A stretch of 63,361 nt of DNA, filler included, from Chiloscyllium plagiosum (GCF_004010195.1; 4 parts of one record of this genome joined end to end with filler, not necessarily neighbours in it), one strand, 5' to 3'. Shown: positions 26,013-39,722, counted from the first letter of the whole stretch. The notes: a model not told the origin generated them from the letters alone. Made by a program: numbers and translations.

Positions 26013-26150
26013 CTGATTTGATATGATTTATTACTGTCACATGTACCAAGATACAGTGAAAAGTATTGTTTTGCACACTGACCAGACAAATCATTACCTT
26101 GCATAAGTTCAACAGGATAATAGAACAGAACAGAATGCAAAATATAGTGT
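26013..26150 (-). mobile_element. Probable Rex1/Babar-like LINE 3' end
   Basis: tgatttgatatgatttattactgtcacatgtaccaagatacagtgaaaagt resembles the tails of this clade; assignment is by recognition only. Confidence 0.45.
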
Positions 26151-28689
26151 TTGCCACCTTGCTCTGCGAGTTTAGCTTCTAAACCATTGCATTTCTTATA
26201 AGATTAGCTCCAAAAGTATTATCTTTTAAATCATGGCAATTGAGGGCTTAGAAATAGATTTTGCATTATTACAATGCTGACCTCTACTTTCCATTCTAGT
26301 TACTGCCAAACATAATGAGTCAAAAGCAGGCAAAAGAAAAGATCACCATACTGTTATAAAATAAAATGCCCTTTCACTTCTTAAATTCAGTTATTGAAAT
26401 GATATAATCTTTAAAATAATCTCATAAAGAATGCTGTTCAGAAGTAAGCAGCTTTAGCTTTCCATTATGTAAAGGAATTTTTCAACACTTTTTAGATCCT
26501 TGCACTGCACAACGAAATACAAATCTGCAACCACATTTTTTAATCTCCAGGCTGCCTTTTTAATAAGCTGTTTTACTCCTCATGAAGCATTTAATTACAA
26601 AGCGCTGTAGTAGTTTTTCTTTCATTAACTATATATGCTGATATAATCCTCAAACACTTTGATAAATGCATTTGACTTTACCAAACTTTTTATTTGGAAG
26701 CAGTGTATTTTAAGGTCCTTTGGTGATTTTGAAAAAGAAATCCTTACATCACAAGCATATATCCCCTAAAAGCAGTTTGTTTTCCGTGACTGAGAAACTT
26801 TAGGCTTTCTCTATACATCCGTATGTCTTTACAGAATCGCAGAGATAAGGGGCAAAGAGTAAATACCAACGCTAGTCTGTTAACTACATTTAACATAGGC
26901 TCATGCTGATTGCTCAAAATCTCTTCAAGTTGTTAAACATTGATCAAAGGTTGACCATGTAAAATTCCCTTCATCTTCAGTTTCAATTTAAAAATATAAA
27001 ACAGAAGAATTAGCACAGACCAAAACAAAATACATATGTATACGTAGAATTATAGAATTATAATATGCTAACTACTTAGTAAAGCTTGTTTTCAATGGTT
27101 CAGAATTAACAAATTTCTAACTTAAACTTTTGTATATATGGCATGTCAGCTTTCATTTACTTTCATCCTCTTCTGATTAGATATTGTAATTATTAGTGTA
27201 ATGGAGGCAGAATCAGCTCCCCTTTTTTAACTCCATCTTGACTGTTAGCAACAGATATTTTTATTTTATGTTTTCACATAGCTATCACGCTACAGTTAAA
27301 ATGTTGTGTGCTGGAAAATGAATGAACCAGTGACAAAGATTTTCTTGAGTGAAACAAAGACGAATTTTGTTCTTTTCCAATGCCAAAAAAAATTAAAAAG
27401 CAGAATCAACACAAGCAAACAGAGGTGATAATTTTAAAAGAGAGAGTGTATGGTATAGACAAAGAAAATAAAGGTTACACAATTAACCAGTCCTTAGGTT
27501 CTTAAAGTGTTAGATGCTTAACCTGAGAATATTGTTGTTCAATGTGTTATGAAGACTTCACTTATTTGTGGACTTTAGTAGAAAGGGTACCTGGATTGTT
27601 TTCCTTTCAAGTCTATGGAAGAACATTAGAACATGTTTAACAACTATCATGATGAGGGGAGATCCCTGGAAGTACTTATAAATATATTGAACTTTTAATT
27701 ACATTATGTATTTTGAGATCCAAATAGCCAAAGAATAACTGCAGATATAAACTCTGGTTGCCTGACAAGAGAGGCTTTTGTATGTAAGTTATTTAGAGGT
27801 TAAACATTTATAGTTTAATATTACCAGTTCTGGCATTTATATTGAATTTATTTGTTTTTATAATAAATTAATCATTCACCTAGTTAGTGGACTACATTAT
27901 TTGAAGTCTAATGGAGGGGAAATATATGATTGGCTATTATGGAAACTGGGTAACACATTTAAACTGTGTTGTAACTGTGGAATATTGTGGCTAGAGAAAG
28001 GGACAGCACTCCTCCTGTCTTGTTCATTCGAAATAATTCACCTGATATCCTCAGAAGTAGCAGACTCTGCAGAGAACTGAGTTCTCAATGAATGGTTGTT
28101 ATCCTAATTTGAGTTTTCACTGGCACTGTATTCTGAGCTAGTGAAACATCTTCTTGTCGCAAATTAATGTCTCCTTTCCTCTCCTCTGCTGGTTGAAAGC
28201 AGCTATTGAAATATAATCCATTCAGAGTCTTGCTCCACTGTCTTTCTAAACTGGGTGACTGTCAGACAATCCTTTCTTCACCCAATTTGCGAAATTATCA
28301 AACAAGTGTGGATTAGCATAGGAGATGCAAATTTCTTGACGGCGACTGAGTGACTTGGTCTAGAATACATTGTTGGCTGTAAAAATGCTAAATTATAAAC
28401 ATAAAAGGTCATACTGTTGTAGTTTTGCTGATTTAGCATTTATTAGTTATTGGAAACTCCACAGGCCCTTTGACCATGAAGGTTTATGTCATAGAAATAA
28501 TCTTTCTTGAATGTAATTAGGTGGAGTTGTAGGTCAGAATGGTCAAATTCCACATTCCACAACAGGACTCACTGTAAACTTAACATCTATTAAATTCGAA
28601 GTTTGTAATGGCACACAGTTTATTTTTATTTGTTAAAGGGATGAAGTGTTGCTGCTGGCGATGTCAGCATTTGTTGCTAACTGCTACTG

Positions 28690-29445
28690 TTTAGGGAGGG
28701 AGATCGAGAACTTTGTCCCAGCAACAATGTTATACTTCTGTCTCAGGCTGCTGTGAAATTAATGGGCATTTTGCTTGTGTGGTGTTCCTTTGCACATGCT
28801 GCCCTTGTCCTTCTATATGATAGAGGTTGCAGACTTGAAATGTATTGTTGTGGAGTTATAGCTTGCTGCAGTTGTGCATTTGATGAATTGTGTGTACTGC
28901 TGTCACTGTGTTCCATTGGTGGAGGGAATCAATGATTGATGCACTTAGCAGGGTATAAGTTAGTCTCACAGCTTTTATATGGATGGTGTTAAACTTCCTG
29001 AATATTGTTGGAGCCATACTCATCCAAACAAGTGGACAGAAGTCCATTATTCTCCCCACATGTGCTCAAATGGTGGACAAAATTTGAAGGAATCAGAATG
29101 TAAGCTACTCACCACTGAATTCCCAGCTTCAGACCTGCTCTCGTAGCCACAGTAATTATGCGGATGGTCCCATTCAGTTTCTTATCAGTAATAACCTCCC
29201 GGATGTTGATCGTGAGGGATTAAGCAATGTTAATGTAATTGAATATCAAGATGAGATTGTTAGTTTCTTTTTTATTGGTAATAGTGATTGCTTGACACCG
29301 ACACTTGATGAATGCTTCCTGCCACATATCAGCTGAAGCCTATTGTCCAAATTTTGCTGCATGTGGATGCGGACTACTTCAGCAACTGAAAAGTTACAGA
29401 TGGTGCTGAGCATTGTGCAATCATTAGTGACCATTCCCACTTCTC
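28690..29445 (-). mobile_element. L2/CR1-group LINE 3' fragment (family of 35740-38530)
   Basis: Minus strand reads CPLVWMSMAPTIFRKFNTIH and DCTMLSTI. Confidence 0.7.
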
Positions 29446-29829
29446 CTGGTTTAACCTTTAAAAATAAAGATTATTGATCCCTAATTAGATCATAATATAA
29501 TTTGGTGATTTTGTCTGAATGTCAACAATAAAGATAGTGCTCTGGTCTGGGATTGAGAAAGATGCATTCACCTACAAACAGTAAGCCACTAACCACAGAA
29601 ACTACTTCCATTGACTCCTTCCTTGGAAAAGTGGGGAGTATCCTCAAGTTTTCAGTCATAGAGTCATATGCCCTCTAGTTTAAGTAGGTTTGAAATCCAG
29701 AGAAGTATCTCTGGGAATTTGGCGAATCTGGTGGCATTCCTTTTTTTCAAAGGCTCACTATAATACCTAGTGTCTGGCAATGTATAACTTAATTGCCAAT
29801 TGTGTATTTAAGAATCTCAAAATTTAATG

Positions 29830-30406
29830 GTGATATCCAAATCAGAATGGTGTATGTCTTGGAGGGTTACTTGCAGGTGGTGTTCCCATGTATCTTCTGC
29901 TGTTCTTCTTCCAGATGATGGAGGTCATGTGTTTGAAATATGCTGTCAAAGGAGACTTGATACGTTGCTGCTGTGCATCTTGTAGATTGTATATACAGCT
30001 GATACTGTCAGTGGTGGAGGGAGTGAATCTTTACATTTTTTGCTGAGATGCTGATCAAGCTGTTGGCTTTGTCCTGGATGGTGTGAGTTTCTTGAATGTT
30101 GTTAGAACTGAACTCACCCAGGCAAGTAGGGAGAATTCCACCATAGTCCTGACTTGTGTTTTGTAGATGGAGGACAGGGTTTGGGGAGTCAGGAAATGAG
30201 TTACTCACTGATAAATCCCAAACTCTAACCTACTCTTGTAAGCAGATCATTTATATATAGTTCATTGAGTCACATTCCTGTTCAATGATAATCCCTGGGG
30301 TACTGATAGTGAATACAATGGCAATATTACTAGGATATAGTTAGGATATAGTTGGATACACTCCTTTCAGAAATGCTAATTGCTTGGCACTTGTGTGGCA
30401 TAACAG
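29830..30406 (-). mobile_element. L2/CR1-group LINE 3' fragment
   Basis: cttggagggttacttgcaggtggtgttcccatgtatc..gtggtggagggagtgaat..ttggggagtcaggaaatgagttactc. Confidence 0.7.
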
Positions 30407-30956
30407 TTACTGGGGTGCCTCAGAATCCGAATTTAATTTGTTCCAGGAGACTGTTCGGATTGTGAAAAATTTGGATTCTGAAACTATTTTCCCCATAAGA
30501 AATAATGGAAAGTGAATTAATCCGTTTCTGGACCCAAAAAAAAATCATTTTCAAGACACTTTTAACTGCAAATACACATGGTTAAGGTAAAATAAGATGA
30601 ACAAATGACCTAAATATCAAGTAATAATAATAAAAGCAAGAAATAAACGTACTAATATGAAAATAACTTCATTTACCTTAGTGAGGTGCGCTAATGGTGA
30701 ATGCACTTATTTGCTTCACTGCTCTTCTTGGGTGCCATGGTGAATGCACAAGGGTGATAATTTAAAAAAACAGCACAAATCGAGGTGAAAACATGAGATA
30801 AACTAGTGATGGACACACGAGAGATGCTTTCACGACTACTTCCCGGGACAAAGTGAATAAATAACGTGTGACCTGAATGGTACGTGGCGTTTGGATTCTG
30901 AAAATATGTTCAGATTTTAGGGCAAAATTTTCTCGAAATAATTGTTTGGATTCCAA
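30407..30956. mobile_element. Tigger/pogo-like non-autonomous DNA transposon, right end lost in the gap
   Basis: TA followed by ctggggtgcctcagaatccgaatttaatttgttcc..ttccccataagaaataatgg..; ttggattc subterminal repeats at both ends. Confidence 0.55.
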
Positions 30957-31619
30957 NNNNNNNNNNNNNNNNNNNNNNNNNNNNNNNNNNNNNNNNNNNN
31001 NNNNNNNNNNNNNNNNNNNNNNNNNNNNNNNNNNNNNNNNNNNNNNNNNNNNNNNNNNNNNNNNNNNNNNNNNNNNNNNNNNNNNNNNNNNNNNNNNNNN
31101 NNNNNNNNNNNNNNNNNNNNNNNNNNNNNNNNNNNNNNNNNNNNNNNNNNNNNNNNNNNNNNNNNNNNNNNNNNNNNNNNNNNNNNNNNNNNNNNNNNNN
31201 NNNNNNNNNNNNNNNNNNNNNNNNNNNNNNNNNNNNNNNNNNNNNNNNNNNNNNNNNNNNNNNNNNNNNNNNNNNNNNNNNNNNNNNNNNNNNNNNNNNN
31301 NNNNNNNNNNNNNNNNNNNNNNNNNNNNNNNNNNNNNNNNNNNNNNNNNNNNNNNNNNNNNNNNNNNNNNNNNNNNNNNNNNNNNNNNNNNNNNNNNNNN
31401 NNNNNNNNNNNNNNNNNNNNNNNNNNNNNNNNNNNNNNNNNNNNNNNNNNNNNNNNNNNNNNNNNNNNNNNNNNNNNNNNNNNNNNNNNNNNNNNNNNNN
31501 NNNNNNNNNNNNNNNNNNNNNNNNNNNNNNNNNNNNNNNNNNNNNNNNNNNNNNNNNNNNNNNNNNNNNNNNNNNNNNNNNNNNNNNNNNNNNNNNNNNN
31601 NNNNNNNNNNNNNNNNNNN

Positions 31620-31880
31620 CCACACCAACCCTCCGAAGAGCAACCCGCCCAGACCCATTTCCCTACATTTACCCCTTCACCTAATACTACAGGCAATTTA
31701 GCATAGCCAATTCACCTAACCTGCACATTTTTGGGCTGTGGGAAGAAACTGGAGCACCCTGAGGAAGCCCACGCAGACAATGTGCAAACGCCACACAGAC
31801 AGTCACCTGAGGTGGGAATTGAACCCGGCTCTCTGGCACTGTGAGGCAGCAGTGCTAGCCATTGTGCCACCATGCCGCCC
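31620..31880 (-). mobile_element. HE1-type SINE
   Basis: Ends gtgccaccatgccgccc; matches 4604-4923. Confidence 0.88.
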
Positions 31881-34179
31881 ACTAATTGGGCGTCCTGGAA
31901 TTGGGGATTGTATCCTGGCTTAGGGTGTTCGGATTTGGGTCAGAGATAAGGCTTGGGGTATGGGTCAGGCTTCATGGCAATGGGTTCAGGGTTAGACTAA
32001 GGGGATGGAGTATGGAATCAGAATGAAATCAGGATGGGGTATGGGTAAGGGCCAGGTTGTGAATTGGGCTCAGAGTTGGGGCTGGTTAGTGTCACTTGTG
32101 GAGATCATATGGTATTCTGTCTGAGATACCAGACATTTTGGAGCCAGAAAACAGGGGCAATAAAGACAATGTTGTAACATGAACAATAGAAAATTATGGA
32201 TTTGAAATCCTGCTCCTCCTTGCTTTACCTTGAGTAAATTATTTCCCTTCTTTATTACAGGTGATCACTGTGTTTGATTTCCCTGAGTGACAATATGGCA
32301 GGCACCTTTTTGACTAGAAATGTGTCCACTTTCTTTTAGAGCCTTACTAGTCTGATTTGGATCTAAAAAGGAGTGCTAAGTCATTGGATTCACAGCACAG
32401 AAACAGGTCTATGTTGGTACTTATACTACAAATGTGAAAAGAAAATGAATTTGTACATCCACAGCTGTCATTGCAGCCATGCAATCATTAATTTAAACAG
32501 CAGCAGCTCTTAACAGTCACAAAACATGAAAAGTGTCAAAGTTCAAATCCTGAACTTTCTGGACTTGTGGGCAATAAAGGCATAGAGAAGCATATGTTGG
32601 CTGTTGGCAGGTTCTGACAAGCGCATGGAGATAAGACCTTGACCAGTTTGTCTCAAGATGAGAACAGACCAGGACGAGAGCAAGCTTTGGTCTGGTTCAG
32701 CGACTGCACAAATTAGTGTTTTTAGCTCAGCATAAAAGTCAGTGAGGCGTATTTTAAATGTATTTATTTGATACAAGAGAGAATACATTATCAAGTCATA
32801 CTTTTGCCTTAAATGTTTAGTAAATGTCTACAAGATAAACAAATTTGGCTGGCCTCATTTTATTAAAAATTGAGCCAGGCCGCCTTTCAGAAGGTGAGGG
32901 AGGACAAGGGCCAAGAATTCTAGTATCAGTCCATTAAGCAAGTCTCAAGTTACTTTTGTGTAGTATAGGTTATATTAAAGTCCAAGCATAGCATATGAGC
33001 AAATGATTTTGATCATCTTGAAAGTGAAGGAACAGAAGTGGGGTCACTGTTTAGATTGAATGGGGATTTGTGAAGCAATCCCTAGATCATATTATGAGAA
33101 GAAATGCACCATTATTTGGAAATAGACTTCAGGGATACACTGGGTCTGTAGTTATTAATTGATGGCACACAATTAAGTGAGGTACCCATCACAAACAGAC
33201 GATGATGAATTATATCTATACCTGATTAACTCTTTCTTGATTCTGCAGAATTATCTACAAACAGCTCGTTAATATTCATAAACCACATTCATTGCTAATA
33301 TTTTGTGTTTGTCTTCATAAGCACAGGTTCCTTATTTGCAAAACAATTTACAGAACATGATTCTGTAGAATGACAATTCCCTATTCCCCCTCTGGTGTTT
33401 GGATGAGTGCAGTACAGACTGTTTGTAGCTTTCCTCCATTTCCCAGTGCTCTGCTGTGGATGCTCTCTGTCCTTCTGATTATCTATCTGATAATCAGCAT
33501 TGTTTGCAAACTGTGCCTGGAGTGAATGTATTTTCACTTGCAGGCACAGTTTGCCATTTTTAATTTCAATAATGTATAAACTAGACCTTGGTACTGTGAA
33601 AATAAAGGCTACACTACTTATGAATGAACTCTGACAAGTGAAAAATCATTTCCTAATCTAGACACTGGTCTGTGGAGATTTACGTTGCAGACTAGAAGAT
33701 TTCAGCAGGTGGCAGTGTGTTCCAAATGTTCTTTCATTCAGTCAGATGTTCACAATCCAGCCTCACATTGTTTGGATGTGAGTGACACACACTGTGAAAG
33801 TAGAAGGATATACCATTACTAATCCTATTGTTCATTTTTCACTGCAATTGAACTTGGCTGTAAATTCAAAAAGGAAACAAAAATTAAGAGGCAACTGTTC
33901 TTAATTCAGCAGCATAGGTAAAGGGTGTTTGAATTATTTGGCAAAATCTTGGGTCTATTTTGTGGTCAGGTACCTGCTTACCTAATAGACAGATTAAATG
34001 GTAGCTCTTAGATACAAGATTAGGATTCCATCTTTGGGTTGCCCAATAAATGGGAGAGGTTGGGTTGAGTGGGATGCCATGTCCTTCTGTCAAAGGAAGG
34101 CTATCTAATTAAAGGGTCTGCAGCATGGGTTACAAGGGCTCACAAGCTTTTGGATTTTTTCAGGCTGCAGCAAAAATCA

Positions 34180-34370
34180 GGAATGGAGGCTGTTTCTGGG
34201 GGTCTCACATTTACCTGGACATTCTGCTGTGAGATCACAGGGAGAGCGTGCTAAACTCTCCCGGACAAGGGAGAAAGAAGTCAAGCTTGCCCAGTCTGGA
34301 TGGAGGTCAGCAGCAGGATTGTGCCCCTTTCCAGCCTGAAGAGAGTGCACCAAGAGGATGCAGGGCTTCA
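34180..34370 (+). pseudogene. Possible PIF/Harbinger Myb/SANT-like gene remnant
   Basis: Frameshifted YLDILL*DHRESVL..GRKK / VWMEVSSRIVP / ECTKRM resembles Harbinger Myb-like motifs; highly degenerate. Confidence 0.35.
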
Positions 34371-35175
34371 GGAAGATTTCAAGACTCACACTCCCATCCT
34401 ATTACTCTCTCTCACCCATGGCTCACAGTTACTCCTCACCAACACTGTCCCTCCTTCTGCTTCACACAAACCATTCTGGAAACTCATGTCTTTCACTTAT
34501 TGCAGAAGAAAGCACACAATGTTACAAAATTCAAAGCCCTGATATAGAGTGGCCCTTCAACCACAGACACCTTTGTCAGTCAATGGCAATGTGCACCTGC
34601 CAGCTCCAGTGGCAAGTGGCTCTTGTGCCTAGTCATTGCATGTATCAGTGCTGAACATGCGTGATAACCAGATCCTCCTGTGACATTGGCACTCCGACAT
34701 ATCGAGAGAGTTGACCCACTGTCTGTGGAGCCTGCTTTGGGATCTTGCCTTCTCCCAGCTGGAATTCTGTGTCCATTCTGGGGCCTTTGTGACCGGGAAA
34801 AACGTAGCTGGTGCTTTGGTTGCTATTCGAAAGTTTGGCGATGGTGACAGCCTTATTCCTCAAGAGGGTGCATCAGCTACTCCTATGGTGTAGAGAAGGA
34901 ATGACAGCAGGGAAGTGTCAGTGAATGTGAATGAAGTGCCATACAGGTGAAGAGCTTTCCAAAATGTTTGCAAGTTCACTTGTAACATATTCAGGACATT
35001 ATCGCTAAGAAAATAAATTTGTTGGACAGCAGTCTCTCAATGGCATTGCTGAAATGCTACAAATACAATGAATCAAAATTGTCTCAGGTTCAATGATCCT
35101 GGTTAAACATGATTAGGTTAGGAAACAGGTTTACAAAGCCAGAAATGAAGATCAAAGCAGTTCTTCATTGACTTT

Positions 35176-35363
35176 TTACTTCTCCATATAGCTTACCTAA
35201 CAGAATCAAGTGAGACCTCCATTCACCTACTACCCTGAAGATCTGTTGAAACGTAAAAAGAACATCCAATTACTTCTCCATATAGCTTACCTAACAGAAT
35301 CAAGTGAGACCTCCATTCACCTACTACCCTGAAGATCTGTTGAAACGTAAAAAGAACATCCAA
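35176..35363 (+). repeat. Perfect 94-bp tandem duplication
   Basis: ttacttctccatatagc..aaagaacatccaa at 35176-35269 and 35270-35363. Confidence 0.95.
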
Positions 35364-35364
35364 T

Positions 35365-35490
35365 ACTCTGAATTACTGGTGCTGGAAGAGCACAGCAGTT
35401 CAGGCAGCATCCAAGGAGCTTCAAAATCGACGTTTCGGGCAAAAGCCCTTCATCAGGAATAAAGGCAGTGAGCGTGGAGAGATAAGCTAG
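35365..35490 (-). mobile_element. PLE 3' end, running into the gap
   Basis: Nearly identical to 49915-50047. Confidence 0.85.
35429..35456 (-). ncRNA. Minimal type I hammerhead ribozyme motif (best-preserved copy)
   Basis: RNA reads AUUC-CUGAUGA-A-GGGC-UUUU-GCCC-GAAAC-GUC-GAUU: intact core, 4-bp stem II and a loopless palindromic ACGU stem III. Confidence 0.75.
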
Positions 35491-35739
35491 NNNNNNNNNN
35501 NNNNNNNNNNNNNNNNNNNNNNNNNNNNNNNNNNTTAATTAATTAANNNNNNNNNNNNNNNNNNNNNNNNNNNNNNNNNNNNNNNNNNNNGATCCTAATG
35601 TACAGCAGAGCTGGCCCGAGGGGCTGAATGGCCTACTTGTGTTCCTTTCTCTTATGGGCTATAACTGTATGGTGCAAAACCTGAGAGCTCTGCCTCTCAA
35701 GACTAATCAAACAACAGCCTGACATAACCATATTCCATG

Positions 35740-38530
35740 AATTATATCTTACAGAAGATATCCCAGACACCACTACCATAATGTCTGGGTCGGTCTTTTC
35801 CCATTAGTTGTAGACGTCCAGAGATCACAGCATAGTAGCACACAGTCAGGAGAGGATTGGCCTAGCAATCCTCAGCATTGACTCCTGACCCCATGAAGTT
35901 CCAGAGCATCAGGTCAACATGGAAACCTTCTCCTGGATTAATACCTTGCACTTTCTCTCAGCTGATAAATCATCGCATCTCCATGTTGAGCAACAATTGA
36001 AAGAAGCACACAGGGTAGGTAGCAAGGGCGCACAATGCACTCTGGGTGGGGGCCTCAACTTCACCAGCCACATCACTACGGACTAAGCTGGTTGAGTCCT
36101 AAAGCACAAAGCTACCATACTGGGTCTGTGGCAGATGGCAAGAGAAAACCAACAAAGGAGGAAGAATTTACTTGACCTTATTTTTACCAAACTACCTGTC
36201 TCAGAGGCATCTGATGTAGCATTGCCAGGAGTGACCTCTGCACAGTCTGTGTTTGAACAAGGTCCAGCCATCATCGCATTGAGCATACGCTCCATCCTGT
36301 TGTGTGGCACCATTTCCAGGTTAAATGCAAAAGAAAATTAATACCTCAAAACTCACCACTCTGTGGGCCATCAGCTGCAAAATTGTATTCAACAACAATC
36401 TGTCAATTCATGGCCTGCAACATCTCCTGCACTACTATTACCATCAAACTAGAGGATTAATACTAGTTCAACAGAGTTCAGGAGGACATGCCAGCAGCAG
36501 CAATAGGGATAACTAAAAATGACCTTGTGAAGCTATAAATGTAAGACTATTTGAATAGCAAATAGCCAGTGATAAACAGAGCTATCACTTCCCTCAATCA
36601 ACAGATAAACTCTGCAGTCCTCCACCCAACCATGAATGGCAGTGAACACTTAACTAAAAAGGGGAGGAAATTTAACAAATATCCCCATTTTCAATGATGG
36701 TGGAGGCCAGCATATCAGTACAAAAGAGAATGATGAAGGGCTAGTGCCAAATGGGGGACCTATCTCTGCCTCCTCCTCAGGTCTCCTGATCACAGATTTA
36801 GTCTTCAGCCAATTCTATTCACTCTACATGATATCAAGAAATGGTCGAAGGACTGGTTAGTTAAAAATGATGGGCCCTGACAACATTTCAGCAAAGCGTA
36901 CTGAAAACTTGTGTTCTAGAATTAGCTGCACCCATAGGCAAGCTCTTCCAATAAGCTACATCACTGGATTATAACCAGCAAAGTAAAAAATTTTCCAGGT
37001 AGGCCCTGTCCGTAGAATGAAGGAGCAAATCCAACCGGACCAAATCTCAGTCAGTCTACTATCAGCGAAGTGATAGAAGCTGTCATCGATCAACATTGTC
37101 AGTCAGCAGGTTCACTTTCAGTTTGGGTTCTTCGAAGGCCACTCAGTTTGCGACTTAGTTTTAGCATTGGTCTAAACATTGACAAAACAGCTGAACTCCA
37201 GAAGCAAAGTGAGAGACTGCCCTTGGCATTATTCAGTGAAGTATGGCACCAAGATTCCCTAGGAAAATTGGAATTAACTTGAATCAGAGTGAAAACTCTT
37301 CACTTTCTTTTCCTATCATTCACGGGATATGGGCATCACTAGATAGGCCACAAAGAGATCACTTAAGAGTCATTGCTGAACATTTGGAGCCATATGTAGG
37401 CCACACCAGGTGAGGATGACAGTTTACTTCCCTAAAGGCTTTTCTGACAATTTCTTTCATTAAATACAACTTCTATCATCTGCCTTAGCAGCAACTGACC
37501 CCAGGTCTACTGAACATTACTACTAGGCAATCAATTTCCCTATAAGTAGTTGAAATTGTTACAAAAAGAGATGTTTGTGGTTATTGGAGGTCAATCATCT
37601 CAGCTCCAGACATCTCTGCAGAACTTCAAGGTAGCACCTTGATCCAACTGTCTTCAGCCACTTCAATGACCATCCCTTTATCATAAGATCAGAAATGTGG
37701 ATTTTCACTGATGATTGCATAAAGTTTGGCACAATTCTTGACTCTTTAGATATCAATGCAGCCCATGCAGCAAAACTTGGACAATATCTAGGCCTGGGCT
37801 AAAAAAGTGGCAAGTAGTGTTTGCACCACACAAATGCAATGATCCTCCCAAACCAAAAGGGAGCCTAATCATCTCTCTGGACCATTCAATAGCATTGCCA
37901 TCATCGAATCCCCATTATCAACATCCTGTGCGTGACCATTGACCATAAATTGAATTGGATCAGACATGTAAACACTGACAAGAAGAGCAAATGAGATACT
38001 TCCAAAAGTCTGCCTACTCCCTGTAAGTAACAAATTCAGAGTGTAATGGAATACTGTCCACTTGCCTAGATCAGCACAGCTCCAAATACACTCAAAACCC
38101 TAGACACCGTTCAGAGTGACACAACCCATTGATTGGCACCTTTTACAAAACTCATTCCCTCCACCACTGACACACTGGCAGCAACATGTACCATTTCTGA
38201 GATGCAATACAGCAACTCACCTAGTTTCTTTTGATAGCACTTTTTGAACCTGCAACATTCATCACTTATAAGAACAAGGGCAGTGAATGAATAGAAGTAT
38301 CGCTCTTTTCAAATTCGGTTCCAAGCCACATACCATCTTGACGTTGAATAACTTTGCCATTCCTTTAGTGTTGCTGGGTCAAAATCCTAAAAATCCCTTT
38401 CTAACACTGTGGATGCACCCATTCCAGATAGGCTGCAGCAGTTCAAAAGGGTCACCACCATCATCTAAAGGATAATTAGGAATGATACTAAATGATGACC
38501 TAGCAGCAATACCCACATCCTGTGAACAAA
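35740..38530 (+). mobile_element. Old L2/CR1-group LINE (APE, RT, 3' UTR) with a SINE inserted at ~37320-37540
   Basis: Frameshifted LWQMARE..KNLLDLIFTKLP, MGPDNI, LKTCVLELAAPIGKLFQ and FTDDCIKF motifs; 3' UTR ..gggataattaggaatgatactaaatg. Confidence 0.75.
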
Positions 38531-39722
38531 TTTGTCAAAAAATACACATCAGTTGATCTTGTGCTTACGGGATTTTCGTACATGCCTTACCTGTTGAAAA
38601 ATTGTCATTATTCATCAGAGCAGGGGTCAAATATATTTTCTCCTTTGTTACTACATCAGGAGTCTGCAATTCAGGCTGCATTTTGATTTCTTCAATTCAA
38701 GAGGCAGGTGTAAAGGGCCAGGAGGAAGTGGTTGACTTTTTGTGTTGCGAGCAGCTCAGAAACCTTCTGCATTTCTAACTCACTTTCATTAACCATTTCA
38801 AATCTCAAACATGTGAAAAACAGCTGTTACTAAAAGATCATGTAAAATCCACATTTTGAGTTGCAAAATTGATGTATATGTTTAGTACTTACAATCGAAA
38901 CATGATTTAACTATTTTATTACAGGAACATACTGCAGATGATGTAAATCTGAAATAAAAACAGTAAATGCTGTAATACTGACCTCTGGGTATTTCCAGCA
39001 TACCTTTTTTTAAAAAAAATTATCAATCCATTATTTTGTACTTCAGGAATAATATCCTACAGGCACTACTTCCTCCGAATTATGGATATTAAAAAGAAAA
39101 GGAATGTCGAAATAAGCTCATCAAGGTAAAGGGTTAAAATACAATAAACAGTGGTAGAGAACCAGAACTCCACAAATATAAGGAAATGCTGCAATTAGCT
39201 TCTGAACATGAAGGCACAAGTCAAGATTATGGTCTTGCGTTCTCACTATTGCATGGGGACTGGAGTCACCAGCTCAGAATTTTGTGTCAGCAATTCTCAA
39301 CGGCTCGGTTCTATCCAGCACATGGCAGAATAAGGAAACTGCCCATTAAAGAAGTGAGATATGATAATAAGCAATAATAGGCATTTCCCAGCTCCCTACT
39401 AAGAATCTCAACTCAATGTTCAGAACTCTGTTGGAAAACAAAACTTCTTGGTCTTGATGCAGAGAAAATTCTTGCATGACTTCTAAGTTTCTTACCCGAG
39501 CCCACATCGTTCAGGGCCTGAAAAGTTTCTACCTTTCTCAGCAGCTCTCTACATCGAAACCTGGTTCATTTTGTTAAAAAACTAAATTCATAAAGTTGTG
39601 CCCAAGAGATCTTTATTTGTAGTTATCATGAAAGGCCCTGCAAGTGCTCAAGTTGCTCCAAAATAAATATTACATGGTGCAAGGTTAAAATGCAAATTAA
39701 TCAAAGGAATCAAGCTATAAAA

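Noticed and set aside
30762..31706. Long ORFs across 30.8-31.7 kb and 42.6-43.2 kb
   Set aside because: They are open only because of N runs.
35176..35363. CRISPR-like array
   Set aside because: Only two contiguous units with no spacers, in a vertebrate context.
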